DNA of 64,000 nucleotides, taken from contig CAXHJY010001688.1 in assembly GCA_964016885.1 (NCBI GenBank), positions 1 to 64,000 on the forward strand, written 5' to 3'. The notes under the pieces were generated by a model. It was not told the DNA's origin. It saw only the letters and a program-made list of their open reading frames with translations, and made no database searches. Shown one piece after another: positions 51,301 through 64,000 of the stretch. Position numbers and translations under genes: made by a program. Within the stretch, counting starts at the first letter, position 1. Every line of letters starts with the position of its first letter. This DNA comes from Eledone cirrhosa. Taxonomy: Eukaryota.

Positions 51301-54300
51301 AGTTTTAGTAAGAGAGATAGTTTAAGTAAGAGAGATAGTTTAAGTAAGAGAGATAGTTTTAGTAAGAGGGATAGTTTTAGTAAGAGAGATAGTTTAAGTA
51401 AGAGAGATAGTTTAAGTAAGAGAGATAGTTTAAGTAAGATACATAGTTTTAGTAAGAGAGATAGTTTAATTGAGAGAGAGAGTTTTAGTAAGGGAGATAA
51501 TTTTAGTAAGAGAGATAGTTTTAGTAAGAGAGATAGTTTTAGTAAAAGAGATAGCTTAAGTAAGAGAGATAGTTTTAGTAAGAGAGATAGTTTTAGTAAG
51601 AGATATAGTTTAAGTAAGAGAGATAGTTTAAGTAAGAGAGATAGTTTAAGTAAGAGAGATAGTTTTAGTAAGAGAGATAGTTTTAGTAAGAGAGTTAGTT
51701 TAAGTAAGAGAGATAGTTTAAGTAAGAGAGACAGTTTAAGTAAAAGAGATAGTTTAAGTAAGAGAGATAGTTTAAGTAAGAGAGATAGTTTAAGTAAAAG
51801 AGATAGTTTTAGTAAGAGAGATAGTATTAGTAAGAGAGATAGTTTAAGTAAGGGAGATAATTTTAGTAAGGGAGATAGTTTTAGTAAGAGAGATAGTTTA
51901 AGTAACAGAGATAGTTTTAGTAAGAGAGATAGCTTAAGTAAGAGAGATAGTTTTAGTAAGAGATATAGTTTAAGTAAGAGAGATATTTTAAGTAAGAGAG
52001 ATAGTTTAAGTAAGAGAGATAGTTTAAGAAAGAGAGATAGTTAAAGTAAGATACATAGTTTTAGTAAGAGAGATAGTTTAATTGAGAGAGAGAGTTTTAG
52101 TAAGGGAGATAATTTTAGTAAGAGAGATAGTTTTAGTAAGAGAGATAGTTTAAGTAAGAGAGATAGTTTAAGTAAGAGAGGTAGTTTTAGTAAGAGAGAT
52201 AGTTTTAGTAAGAGAGATAGTTTTAGTAAGATAGATAGCTTAAGTAAGAGAGATAGTTTTAGTAAGAGAGATAGTTTTAGTAAGAGATATAGTTTAAGTA
52301 AGAGAGATAGTTTAAGTAAGAGAGATAGTTTAAGTAAGAGAGATAGTTTAAGTAAGAGAGCTAATTTTAGTAAGAGAGATAGTTTTAGTAAGAGAGATAG
52401 TTTAAGTAAGAGAGATAGTTTAAGTAAGAGAGATAGTTTAAGTAAGAGAGATAGTTTTAGTAAGAGAGATGGTTTTAGTAAGAGAGATAGTTTAAGTCAG
52501 AGAGATAGTTTAAGTAAGAGAGATAGTTTTAGTAAGAGAGATAGCTTAAGTAAGAGAGATAGTTTTAGTAAGAGAGATAGTTTAAGTAAGAGAGATAGTT
52601 TAAGTAAAAGAGATAGTTTTAGTAAGAGAGATAGTATTAGTAAGAGAGATAGTTTAAGTAAGGGAGATAATTTTAGTAAGGGAGATACTTTTAGTAAGAG
52701 AGATAGTTTTAGTAAGAGGGATAGTTTTAGTAAGAGAGATAGTTTAAGTAAGAGAGATAGTTTAAGTAAGAGAGATAGTTTTAGTAAGAGGGATAGTTTT
52801 AGTAAGAGAGATAGTTTAAGTAAGAGAGATAGTTTAAGTAAGAGAGATAGTTTAAGTAAGATACATAGTTTTAGTAAGAGAGATAGTTTAATTGAGAGAG
52901 AGAGTTTTAGTAAGGGAGATAATTTTAGTAAGAGAGATAGTTTTAGTAAGAGAGATAGTTTTAGTAAAAGAGATAGCTTAAGTAAGAGAGATAGTTTTAG
53001 TAAGAGAGATAGTTTTAGTAAGAGATATAGTTTAAGTAAGAGAGATAGTTTAAGTAAGAGAGATAGTTTAAGTAAGAGAGATAGTTTTAGTAAGAGAGAT
53101 AGTTTTAGTAAGAGAGTTAGTTTAAGTAAGAGAGATAGTTTAAGTAAGAGAGACAGTTTAAGTAAAAGAGATAGTTTAAGTAAGAGAGATAGTTTAAGTA
53201 AGAGAGATATTTTAAGTAAAAGAGATAGTTTTAGTAAGAGAGATAGTATTAGTAAGAGAGATAGTTTAAGTAAGGGAGATAATTTTAGTAAGGGAGATAG
53301 TTTTAGTAAGAGAGATAGTTTAAGTAACAGAGATAGTTTTAGTAAGAGAGATAGCTTAAGTAAGAGAGATAGTTTTAGTAAGAGATATAGTTTAAGTAAG
53401 AGAGATATTTTAAGTAAGAGAGATAGTTTAAGTAAGAGAGATAGTTTAAGTAAGAGAGATAGTTAAAGTAAGATACATAGTTTTAGTAAGAGAGATAGTT
53501 TAATTGAGAGAGAGAGTTTTAGTAAGGGAGATAATTTTAGTAAGAGAGATAGTTTTAGTAAGAGAGATAGTTTAAGTAAGAGAGGTAGTTTTAGTAAGAG
53601 AGATAGTTTTAGTAAGAGAGATAGTTTTAGTAAGATAGATAGCTTAAGTAAGAGAGATAGTTTTAGTAAGAGAGATAGTTTTAGTAAGAGATATAGTTTA
53701 AGTAAGAGAGATAGTTTAAGTAAGAGAGATAGTTTAAGTAAGAGAGATAGTTTAAGTAAGAGAGCTAATTTTAGTAAGAGAGATAGTTTTAGTAAGAGAG
53801 ATAGTTTAAGTAAGAGAGATAGTTTAAGTAAGAGAGATAGTTTAAGTAAGAGAGATAGTTTTAGTAAGAGAGATAGTTTAAGTCAGAGAGATAGTTTAAG
53901 TAAGAGAGATAGTTTTAGTAAGAGAGATAGCTTAAGTAAGAGAGATAGTTTTAGTAAGAGAGATAGTTTAAGTAAGAGAGATAGTTTAAGTAAGAGAGAT
54001 AGTTTTAGTAAGAGAGATAGTTTAAGTAAGAGAGATAGTTTAAGTAAGAGAGATAGTTTAAGTAAGAGAGATAGTTTTAGTAAGAGAGATAGTTTTAGTG
54101 AGAGAGATAGTTTTAGTAAGAGAGATAGTATTAGTAAGAGAGATAGTTTAAGTAAGGGAGATAATTTTAGTAAGGGAGATAGTTTTAGTAAGAGAGATAG
54201 TTTAAGTAACAGAGATAGTTTAAGTATGAGAGATAGTTTAAGTAAGAGAGATAGTTTTAGTAAGAGAGATAGTTTTAGTAAGAGAGATAGTTTAAATAAG

Positions 54301-57300
54301 AGATATATTTTAAGTAAGAGAGATAGTTTTAGTAATAGAGATAGTTTTAGTAAGAGAGATAGTATTAGTAAGAGAGATAGTTTAAATAAGGGAGATAGTT
54401 TATGTAAGAGAGATAGTTTTAGTAAGAGAGATAGTTTAATTGAGAGAGATAGTTTTAGTAAGGGAGATAATTTTAGTAAGAGAGATAGTTTAAGTAAGAG
54501 AGTTAGTTTAAGTAAGAGAGATAGTTTAAGTAAGAGAGATAGTTTTAGTAAGAGAGATAGTTTTAGTAAGAGAGATAGTTTAAGTAAGAGAGATAGTTTT
54601 AGTAAGAGAGATAGTTTAAGTAAAAGAGATAGTTTTAGTAAGAGAGATAGTATTAGTAAGAGAGATAGTTTAAGTAAGGGAGATAATTTTAGTAAGGGAG
54701 ATAGTTTTAGTAAGAGAGATAGTTTAAGTAACAGAGATAGTTTTAGTAAGAGAGATAGCTTAAGTAAGAGAGATAGTTTTAGTAAGAGATATAGTTTAAG
54801 TAAAAGAGATATTTTAAGTAAGAGAGATAGTTTAAGTAAGAGAGATAGTTTAAGTAAGAGAGATAGTTTAAGTAAGATACATAGTTTTAGTAAGAGAGAT
54901 AGTTTAATTGAGAGAGAGAGTTTTAGTAAGGGAGATCATTTTAGTAAGAGAGATAGTTTTAGTAAGAGAGATAGTTTAAGTAAGAGAGATAGTTTAAGTA
55001 AGAGAGGTAGTTTTAGTAAGAGAGATAGTTTTAGTAAGAGAGATAGTTTTAGTAAGATAGATAGCTTAAGTAAGAGAGATAGTTTTAGTAAGAGAGATGG
55101 TTTTAGTAAGAGAGATAGTTTAAGTCAGAGAGATAGTTTAAGTAAGAGAGATAGTTTAAGTAAGAGAGATAGTTTAAGTAAGAGAGCTAATTTTAGTAAG
55201 AGAGATAGTTTTAGTAAGAGAGATTGTTTAAGTAAGAGAGATAGTTTAAGTAAGAGAGATAGTTTAAGTAAGAGAGATAGTTTTAGTAAGAGAGATGGTT
55301 TTAGTAAGAGAGATAGTTTAAGTCAGAGAGATAGTTTAAGTAAGAGAGATAGTTTTAGTAAGAGAGATAGCTTAAGTAAGAGAGATAGTTTAAGTAAGAG
55401 AGATAGTTTTAGTAAGAGATATAGTTTAAGTAAGAGAGATAGTTTAAGTAAGAGTGATAGTTTTAGTAAGAGAGATAGTTTAAGTAAGAGAGATATTTTA
55501 AGTAAGAGAGATAGTTTAAGTAAGAGAGATAGTTTAAGTAAGAGAGATAGTTTAAGTAAGAGAGATAATTTTAGTAAGAGAGATAGTTTTAGTAAGAGAG
55601 ATAGTTTTAGTAAGAGAGATAGTATTAGTAAGAGAGATAGTTTAAGTAAGGGAGATAATTTTAGTAAGGGAGATAGTTTTAGTAAGAGAGATAGTTTAAG
55701 TAACAGAGATAGTTTAAGTAGGAGAGATAGTTTAAGTAAGAGAGATAGTTTTAGTAAGAGAGATAGTTTTAGTAAGAGAGATAGTTTAAATAAGAGATAT
55801 AGTTTAAGTAAGAGAGATAGTTTTAGTAATAGAGATAGTTTTAGTAAGAGAGATAGTATTAGTAAGAGAGATAGTTTAAATAAGGGAGATAGTTTATGTA
55901 AGAGAGATAGTTTTAGTAAGAGAGATAGTTTAATTGAGAGAGATAGTTTTAGTAAGGGAGATAATTTTAGTAAGAGAGATAGTTTAAGTAAGAGAGTTAG
56001 TTTAAGTAAGAGAGATAGTTTAAGTAAGAGAGATAGTTTTAGTAAGAGAGATAGTTTTAGTAAGAGAGATAGTTTAAGTAAGAGAGATAGTTTTAGTAAG
56101 AGAGATAGTTTAAGTAAAAGAGATGGTTTTAGTAAGAGAGATAGTATTAGTAAGAGAGATAGTTTAAGTAAGGGAGATAATTTTAGTAAGGGAGATAGTT
56201 TTAGTAAGAGAGATAGTTTAAGTAACAGAGATAGTTTTAGTAAGAGAGATAGCTTAAGTAAGAGAGATAGTTTTAGTAAGAGATATAGTTTAAGTAAGAG
56301 AGATATTTTAAGTAAGAGAGATAGTTTAAGTAAGAGAGATAGTTTAAGTAAGAGAGATAGTTTAAGTAAGATACATAGTTTTAGTAAGAGAGATAGTTTA
56401 ATTGAGAGAGAGAGTTTTAGTAAGGGAGATCATTTTAGTAAGAGAGATAGTTTTAGTAAGAGAGATAGTTTAAGTAAGAGAGATAGTTTAAGTAAGAGAG
56501 GTAGTTTTAGTAAGAGAGATAGTTTTAGTAAGAGAGATAGTTTTAGTAAGATAGATAGCTTAAGTAAGAGAGATAGTTTTAGTAAGAGAGATGGTTTTAG
56601 TAAGAGAGATAGTTTAAGTCAGAGAGATAGTTTAAGTAAGAGAGATAGTTTAAGTAAGAGAGATAGTTTAAGTAAGAGAGCTAATTTTAGTAAGAGAGAT
56701 AGTTTTAGTAAGAGAGATTGTTTAAGTAAGAGAGATAGTTTAAGTAAGAGAGATAGTTTAAGTAAGAGAGATAGTTTTAGTAAGAGAGATGGTTTTAGTA
56801 AGAGAGATAGTTTAAGTCAGAGAGATAGTTTAAGTAAGAGAGATAGTTTTAGTAAGAGAGATAGCTTAAGTAAGAGAGATAGTTTAAGTAAGAGAGATAG
56901 TTTTAGTAAGAGAGATAGTTTAAGTAAGAGAGATAGTTTAAGTAAGAGTGATAGTTTTAGTAAGAGAGATAGTTTAAGTAAGAGAGATAGTTTAAGTAAG
57001 AGAGATAGTTTAAGTAAGAGAGATAGTTTAAGTAAGAGAGATAGTTTAAGTAAGAGAGATAATTTTAGTAAGAGAGATAGTTTTAGTAAGAGAGATAGTT
57101 TTAGTAAGAGAGATAGTATTAGTAAGAGAGATAGTTTAAGTAAGGGAGATAATTTTAGTAAGGGAGATAGTTTTAGTAAGAGAGATAGTTTAAGTAACAG
57201 AGATAGTTTAAGTAGGAGAGATAGTTTAAGTAAGAGAGATAGTTTTAGTAAGAGAGATAGTTTTAGTAAGAGAGATAGTTTAAATAAGAGATATAGTTTA

Positions 57301-60300
57301 AGTAAGAGAGATAGTTTTAGTAATAGAGATAGTTTTAGTAAGAGAGATAGTATTAGTAAGAGAGATAGTTTAAATAAGGGAGATAGTTTATGTAAGAGAG
57401 ATAGTTTTAGTAAGAGAGATAGTTTAATTGAGAGAGATAGTTTTAGTAAGGGAGATAATTTTAGTAAGAGAGATAGTTTAAGTAAGAGAGTTAGTTTAAG
57501 TAAGAGAGATAGTTTAAGTAAGAGAGATAGTTTTAGTAAGAGAGATAGTTTTAGTAAGAGAGATAGTTTAAGTAAGAGAGATAGTTTTAGTAAGAGGGGT
57601 AGTTTTAGTAAGAGAGATAGTTTAAGTAAGAGGGATAGTTTTAGTAAGAGAGATAGTTTAAGTAAGAGAGATAGTTTTAGTAAGAGGGATAGTTTTAGTT
57701 AGAGAGATAGTTTAAGTAAGAGAGATAGTTTTAGTAAGAGGGGTAGTTTTAGTAAGAGAGATAGTTTAAGTAAGAGAGATAGTTTAAGTAAGAGAGATAG
57801 TTTTAGTAAGAGGGATAGTTTTAGTAAGAGAGATAGTTTAAGTAAGAGAGATAGTTTAAGTAAGAGAGATAGTTTAAGTAAGATACATAGTTTTAGTAAG
57901 AGAGATAGTTTAATTGAGAGAGAGAGTTTTAGTAAGGGAGATAATTTTAGTAAGAGAGATAGTTTTAGTAAGAGAGATAGTTTAAGTAAGAGAGATAGTT
58001 TAAGTAAGAGAGATAGTTTTAGTAAGAGAGATAGTTTTAGTAAGAGAGATAGTCTTAGTAAGAGAGATAGTTTTAGTAAGAGAGATAGTTTAAGTAAGAG
58101 AGATAGTTTAAGTAAGAGAGATAGTTTAAGTAAGAGAGATAGTTTTAGTAAGAGAGATAGTTTAAGTAAGAGAGATAGTTTAAGTAAGAGAGATAGTTTT
58201 AGTAAGAGAGATAGTTTAAGTAAGAGAGATAGTTTTAGTAAGAGAGATAGTTTTAGTAAGAGGGATAGTTTTAGTAAGAGAGATAGTTTAAGTAAAAGAG
58301 ATAGTTTTAGTAAGAGGGATAGTTTTAGTAAGAGAGATAGTTTAAGTAAGAGAGATAGTTTAAGTAAGAGAGATAGTTTTAGTAAGAGGGATAGTTTTAG
58401 TAAGAGAGATAGTTTAAGTAAGAGAGATAGTTTAAGTAAGAGAGATAGTTTAAGTAAGATACATAGTTTTAGTAAGAGAGATAGTTTAATTGAGAGAGAG
58501 AGTTTTAGTAAGGGAGATAATTTTAGTAAGAGAGATAGTTTTAGTAAGAGAGATAGTTTTAGTAAGAGAGATAGCTTAAGTAAGAGAGATAGTTTTAGTA
58601 AGAGAGATAGTTTTAGTAAGAGATATAGTTTAAGTAAGAGAGATAGTTTAAGTAAGAGAGATAGTTTAAGTAAGAGAGATAGTTTTAGTAAGAGAGATAG
58701 TTTTAGTAAGAGAGTTAGTTTAAGTAAGAGAGACAGTTTAAGTAAAAGAGATAGTTTAAGTAAGAGAGATAGTTTAAGTAAGAGAGATAGTTTAAGTAAA
58801 AGAGATAGTTTTAGTAAGAGAGATAGTATTAGTAAGAGAGATAGTTTAAGTAAGGGAGATAATTTTAGTAAGGGAGATAGTTTTAGTAATAGAGATAGTT
58901 TAAGTAACAGAGATAGTTTTAGTAAGAGAGATAGCTTAAGTAAGAGAGATAGTTTTAGTAAGAGAGATAGTTTTAGTAAGAGAGATAGTTTAAATAAGAG
59001 ATATAGTTTAAGTAAGAGAGATAGTTTTAGTAATAGAGATAGTTTTAGTAAGAGAGATAGTTTAAATAAGGGAGATAGTTTATATAAGAGAGATAGTTTT
59101 AGTAAGAGAGATAGTTTAATTGAGAGAGATAGTTTTAGTAAGGGAGATAATTTTAGTAAGAGAGATAGTTTAAGTAAGAGAGTTAGTTTAAGTAAGAGAG
59201 ATAGTTTAAGTAAGAGAGATAGTTTTAGTAAGAGAGATAGTTTAAGTAAGAGAGATAGTTTTAGTAAGAGGGGTAGTTTTAGTAAGAGAGATAGTTTAAG
59301 TAAGAGGGATAGTTTTAGTAAGAGAGATAGTTTAAGTAAGAGAGATAGTTTTAGTAAGAGGGATAGTTTTAGTTAGAGAGATAGTTTAAGTAAGAGAGAT
59401 AGTTTTAGTAAGAGGGGTAGTTTTAGTAAGAGAGATAGTTTAAGTAAGAGAGATAGTTTAAGTAAGAGAGATAGTTTTAGTAAGAGGGATAGTTTTAGTA
59501 AGAGAGATAGTTTAAGTAAGAGAGATAGTTTAAGTAAGAGAGATAGTTTAAGTAAGATACATAGTTTTAGTAAGAGAGATAGTTTAATTGAGAGAGAGAG
59601 TTTTAGTAAGAGAGATAGTTTTAGTAAGAGAGATAGTTTTAGTAAGAGAGATAGTTTAAGTAAGAGAGATAGTTTAAGTAAGAGAGATAGTTTTAGTAAG
59701 AGAGATAGTTTTAGTAAGAGAGATAGTCTTAGTAAGAGAGATAGTTTTAGTAAGAGAGATAGTTTAAGTAAGAGAGATAGTTTAAGTAAGAGAGATAGTT
59801 TAAGTAAGAGAGATAGTTTTAGTAAGAGAGATAGTTTAAGTATGAGAGATAGTTTAAGTAAGAGAGATAGTTTAAGTAAGAGAGATAGTTTTAGTAAGAG
59901 AGATAGTTTAAGTAACAGAGATAGTTTAAGTAGGAGAGATAGTTTAAGTAAGAGAGATAGTTTTAGTAAGAGAGATAGTTTTAGTAAGAGAGATAGTTTA
60001 AATAAGAGATATAGTTTAAGTAAGAGAGATAGTTTTAGTAATAGAGATAGTTTTAGTAAGAGAGATAGTATTAGTAAGAGAGATAGTTTAAATAAGGGAG
60101 ATAGTTTATGTAAGAGAGATAGTTTTAGTAAGAGAGATAGTTTAATTGAGAGAGATAGTTTTAGTAAGGGAGATAATTTTAGTAAGAGAGATAGTTTAAG
60201 TAAGAGAGTTAGTTTAAGTAAGAGAGATAGTTTAAGTAAGAGAGATAGTTTTAGTAAGAGAGATAGTTTTAGTAAGAGAGATAGTTTAAGTAAGAGAGAT

Positions 60301-63300
60301 AGTTTTAGTAAGAGAGATAGTTTTAGTAAGAGAGATAGTTTAAGTAAGAGGGATAGTTTTAGTAAGAGAGATAGTTTAAGTAAGAGAGATAGTTTTAGTA
60401 AGAGGGATAGTTTTAGTAAGAGAGATAGTTTAAGTAAGAGAGATAGTTTTAGTAAGAGGGATAGTTTTAGTAAGAGATATAGTTTAAGTAAGAGAGATAG
60501 TTTAAGTAAGAGAGATAGTTTTAGTAAGAGGGATAGTTTTAGTAAGAGAGATAGTTTAAGTAAGAGAGATAGTTTAAGTAAGAGAGATAGTTTAAGTAAG
60601 ATACATAGTTTTAGTAAGAGAGATAGTTTAATTGAGAGAGAGAGTTTTAGTAAGGGAGATAATTTTAGTAAGAGAGATAGTTTTAGTAAGAGAGATAGTT
60701 TTAGTAAGAGAGATAGCTTAAGTAAGAGAGATAGTTTTAGTAAGAGAGATAGTTTTAGTAAGAGATATAGTTTAAGTAAGAGAGATAGTTTAAGTAAGAG
60801 AGATAGTTTAAGTAAGAGAGATAGTTTTAGTAAGAGAGATAGTTTTAGTAAGAGAGTTAGTTTAAGTAAGAGAGATAGTTTAAGTAAGAGAGACAGTTTA
60901 AGTAAAAGAGATAGTTTAAGTAAGAGAGATAGTTTAAGTAAGAGAGGTAGTTTTAGTAAGAGAGATAGTTTTAGTAAGAGAGATAGTTTTAGTAAGATAG
61001 ATAGCTTAAGTAAGAGAGATAGTTTTAGTAAGAGAGATGGTTTTAGTAAGAGAGATAGTTTAAGTCAGAGAGATAGTTTAAGTAAGAGAGATAGTTTAAG
61101 TAAGAGAGATAGTTTAAGTAAGGGAGCTAATTTTAGTAAGAGAGATAGTTTTAGTAAGAGAGATTGTTTAAGTAAGAGAGATAGTTTAAGTAAGAGAGAT
61201 AGTTTAAGTAAGAGAGATAGTTTTAGTAAGAGAGATGGTTTTAGTAAGAGAGATAGTTTAAGTCAGAGAGATAGTTTAAGTAAGAGAGATAGTTTTAGTA
61301 AGAGAGATAGCTTAAGTAAGAGAGATAGTTTAAGTAAGAGAGATAGTTTTAGTAAGAGAGATAGTTTAAGTAAGAGAGATAGTTTAAGTAAGAGTGATAG
61401 TTTTAGTAAGAGAGATAGTTTAAGTAAGAGAGATAGTTTAAGTAAGAGAGATAGTTTAAGTAAGAGAGATAGTTTAAGTAAGAGAGATAGTTTAAGTAAG
61501 AGAGATAATTTTAGTAAGAGAGATAGTTTTAGTAAGAGAGATAGTTTTAGTAAGAGAGATAGTATTAGTAAGAGAGATAGTTTAAGTAAGGGAGATAATT
61601 TTAGTAAGGGAGATAGTTTTAGTAAGAGAGATAGTTTAAGTAACAGAGATAGTTTAAGTAGGAGAGATAGTTTAAGTAAGAGAGATAGTTTTAGTAAGAG
61701 AGATAGTTTTAGTAAGAGAGATAGTTTAAATAAGAGATATAGTTTAAGTAAGAGAGATAGTTTTAGTAATAGAGATAGTTTTAGTAAGAGAGATAGTATT
61801 AGTAAGAGAGATAGTTTAAATAAGGGAGATAGTTTATGTAAGAGAGATAGTTTTAGTAAGAGAGATAGTTTAATTGAGAGAGATAGTTTTAGTAAGGGAG
61901 ATAATTTTAGTAAGAGAGATAGTTTAAGTAAGAGAGTTAGTTTAAGTAAGAGAGATAGTTTAAGTAAGAGAGATAGTTTTAGTAAGAGAGATAGTTTTAG
62001 TAAGAGAGATAGTTTAAGTAAGAGAGATAGTTTTAGTAAGAGGGGTAGTTTTAGTAAGAGAGATAGTTTAAGTAAGAGGGATAGTTTTAGTAAGAGAGAT
62101 AGTTTAAGTAAGAGAGAAAGTTTTAGTAAGAGGGATAGTTTTAGTTAGAGAGATAGTTTAAGTAAGAGAGATAGTTTTAGTAAGAGGGGTAGTTTTAGTA
62201 AGAGAGATAGTTTAAGTAAGAGAGATAGTTTAAGTAAGAGAGATAGTTTTAGTAAGAGGGATAGTTTTAGTAAGAGAGATAGTTTAAGTAAGAGAGATAG
62301 TTTAAGTAAGAGAGATAGTTTAAGTAAGATACATAGTTTTAGTAAGAGAGATAGTTTAATTGAGAGAGAGAGTTTTAGTAAGGGAGATAATTTTAGTAAG
62401 AGAGATAGTTTTAGTAAGAGAGATAGTTTAAGTAAGAGAGATAGTTTAAGTAAGAGAGATAGTTTTAGTAAGAGAGATAGTTTTAGTAAGAGAGATAGTC
62501 TTAGTAAGAGAGATAGTTTTAGTAAGAGAGATAGTTTAAGCAAGAGAGATAGTTTAAGTAAGAGAGATAGTTTAAGTAAGAGAGATAGTTTTAGTAAGAG
62601 AGATAGTTTAAGTAAGAGAGATAGTTTAAGTAAGAGAGATAGTTTTAGTAAGAGAGATAGTTTAAGTAAGAGAGATAGTTTTAGTAAGAGAGATAGTTTT
62701 AGTAAGAGGGATAGTTTTAGTAAGAGAGATAGTTTAAGTAAAAGAGATAGTTTTAGTAAGAGGGATAGTTTTAGTAAGAGAGATAGTTTAAGTAAGAGAG
62801 ATAGTTTAAGTAAGAGAGATAGTTTTAGTAAGAGGGATAGTTTTAGTAAGAGAGATAGTTTAAGTAAGAGAGATAGTTTAAGTAAGAGAGATAGTTTAAG
62901 TAAGATACATAGTTTTAGTAAGAGAGATAGTTTAATTGAGAGAGAGAGTTTTAGTAAGGGAGATAATTTTAGTAAGAGAGATAGTTTTAGTAAGAGAGAT
63001 AGTTTTAGTAAGAGAGATAGCTTAAGTAAGAGAGATAGTTTTAGTAAGAGAGATAGTTTTAGTAAGAGATATAGTTTAAGTAAGAGAGATAGTTTAAGTA
63101 AGAGAGATAGTTTAAGTAAGAGAGATAGTTTTAGTAAGAGAGATAGTTTTAGTAAGAGAGTTAGTTTAAGTAAGAGAGACAGTTTAAGTAAAAGAGATAG
63201 TTTAAGTAAGAGAGATAGTTTAAGTAAGAGAGATAGTTTAAGTAAAAGAGATAGTTTTAGTAAGAGAGATAGTATTAGTAAGAGAGATAGTTTAAGTAAG

Positions 63301-64000
63301 GGAGATAATTTTAGTAAGGGAGATAGTTTTAGTAAGAGAGATAGTTTAAGTAACAGAGATAGTTTTAGTAAGAGAGATAGCTTAAGTAAGAGAGATAGTT
63401 TTAGTAAGAGAGATAGTTTTAGTAAGAGAGATAGTTTAAATAAGAGATATAGTTTAAGTAAGAGAGATAGTTTTAGTAATAGAGATAGTTTTAGTAAGAG
63501 AGATAGTTTAAATAAGGGAGATAGTTTATATAAGAGAGATAGTTTTAGTAAGAGAGATAGTTTAATTGAGAGAGATAGTTTTAGTAAGGGAGATAATTTT
63601 AGTAAGAGAGATAGTTTAAGTAAGAGAGTTAGTTTAAGTAAGAGAGATAGTTTTAGTAAGAGAGATAGTTTAAGTAAGAGAGATAGTTTTAGTAAGAGGG
63701 GTAGTTTTAGTAAGAGAGATAGTTTAAGTAAGAGGGATAGTTTTAGTAAGAGAGATAGTTTAAGTAAGAGAGATAGTTTTAGTAAGAGGGATAGTTTTAG
63801 TTAGAGAGATAGTTTAAGTAAGAGAGATAGTTTTAGTAAGAGGGGTAGTTTTAGTAAGAGAGATAGTTTAAGTAAGAGAGATAGTTTAAGTAAGAGAGAT
63901 AGTTTTAGTAAGAGGGATAGTTTTAGTAAGAGAGATAGTTTAAGTAAGAGAGATAGTTTAAGTAAGAGAGATAGTTTAAGTAAGATACATAGTTTTAGTA
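21357..64000 (+). repeat. 18-bp satellite array (AGTAAGAGAGATAGTTTW)n, roughly 2,370 units, running off the window end
   Basis: Continuous tandem array with point variants and higher-order periodicity. Confidence 0.99.

Noticed and set aside
21393-62543. Minus-strand (LLKLSL)n ORFs as leucine-rich proteins
   Set aside because: A consequence of an 18-bp unit with no stop in that frame; the frames begin at sporadic TTG variants.
21357-64000. Telomeric repeat or PLE-templated origin of the satellite
   Set aside because: No TTAGGG-type G-runs, and no convincing match of the monomer within either PLE beyond GAGATAG.

Overview
AT-rich animal genomic DNA, probably octopus/cephalopod (inferred from my recognition of the SINE families and the dense (TA)n/(CA)n microsatellites). 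No conventional host gene is identifiable. (1) 1-5.4 kb: microsatellites with short non-coding repeats folded into long palindromes. These carry nine complete type I hammerhead-ribozyme (HHR) motifs of three families on both strands, resembling Penelope pseudo-LTRs (pLTRs) or retrozymes. (2) 5.7-21.3 kb: an intronless ORF (Myb/SANT-like domain + polyQ + CCCH finger), a deleted mariner with ~100-bp TIRs, a 5'-truncated Neptune-type Penelope-like element (PLE) with a 2-kb inverted duplication, SINEs, a SINE-derived 100-bp minisatellite, and a near full-length Naiad-type PLE with direct and inverted pLTRs and a variant-core HHR. (3) 21.36-64 kb: a 42.6-kb array of an 18-bp satellite (AGTAAGAGAGATAGTTTW) with nested higher-order repeats; its (SKRDSF/L)n ORFs are most likely a by-product of the unit length. 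All alignments and folds were done by eye, so boundaries may be off by a few bases.
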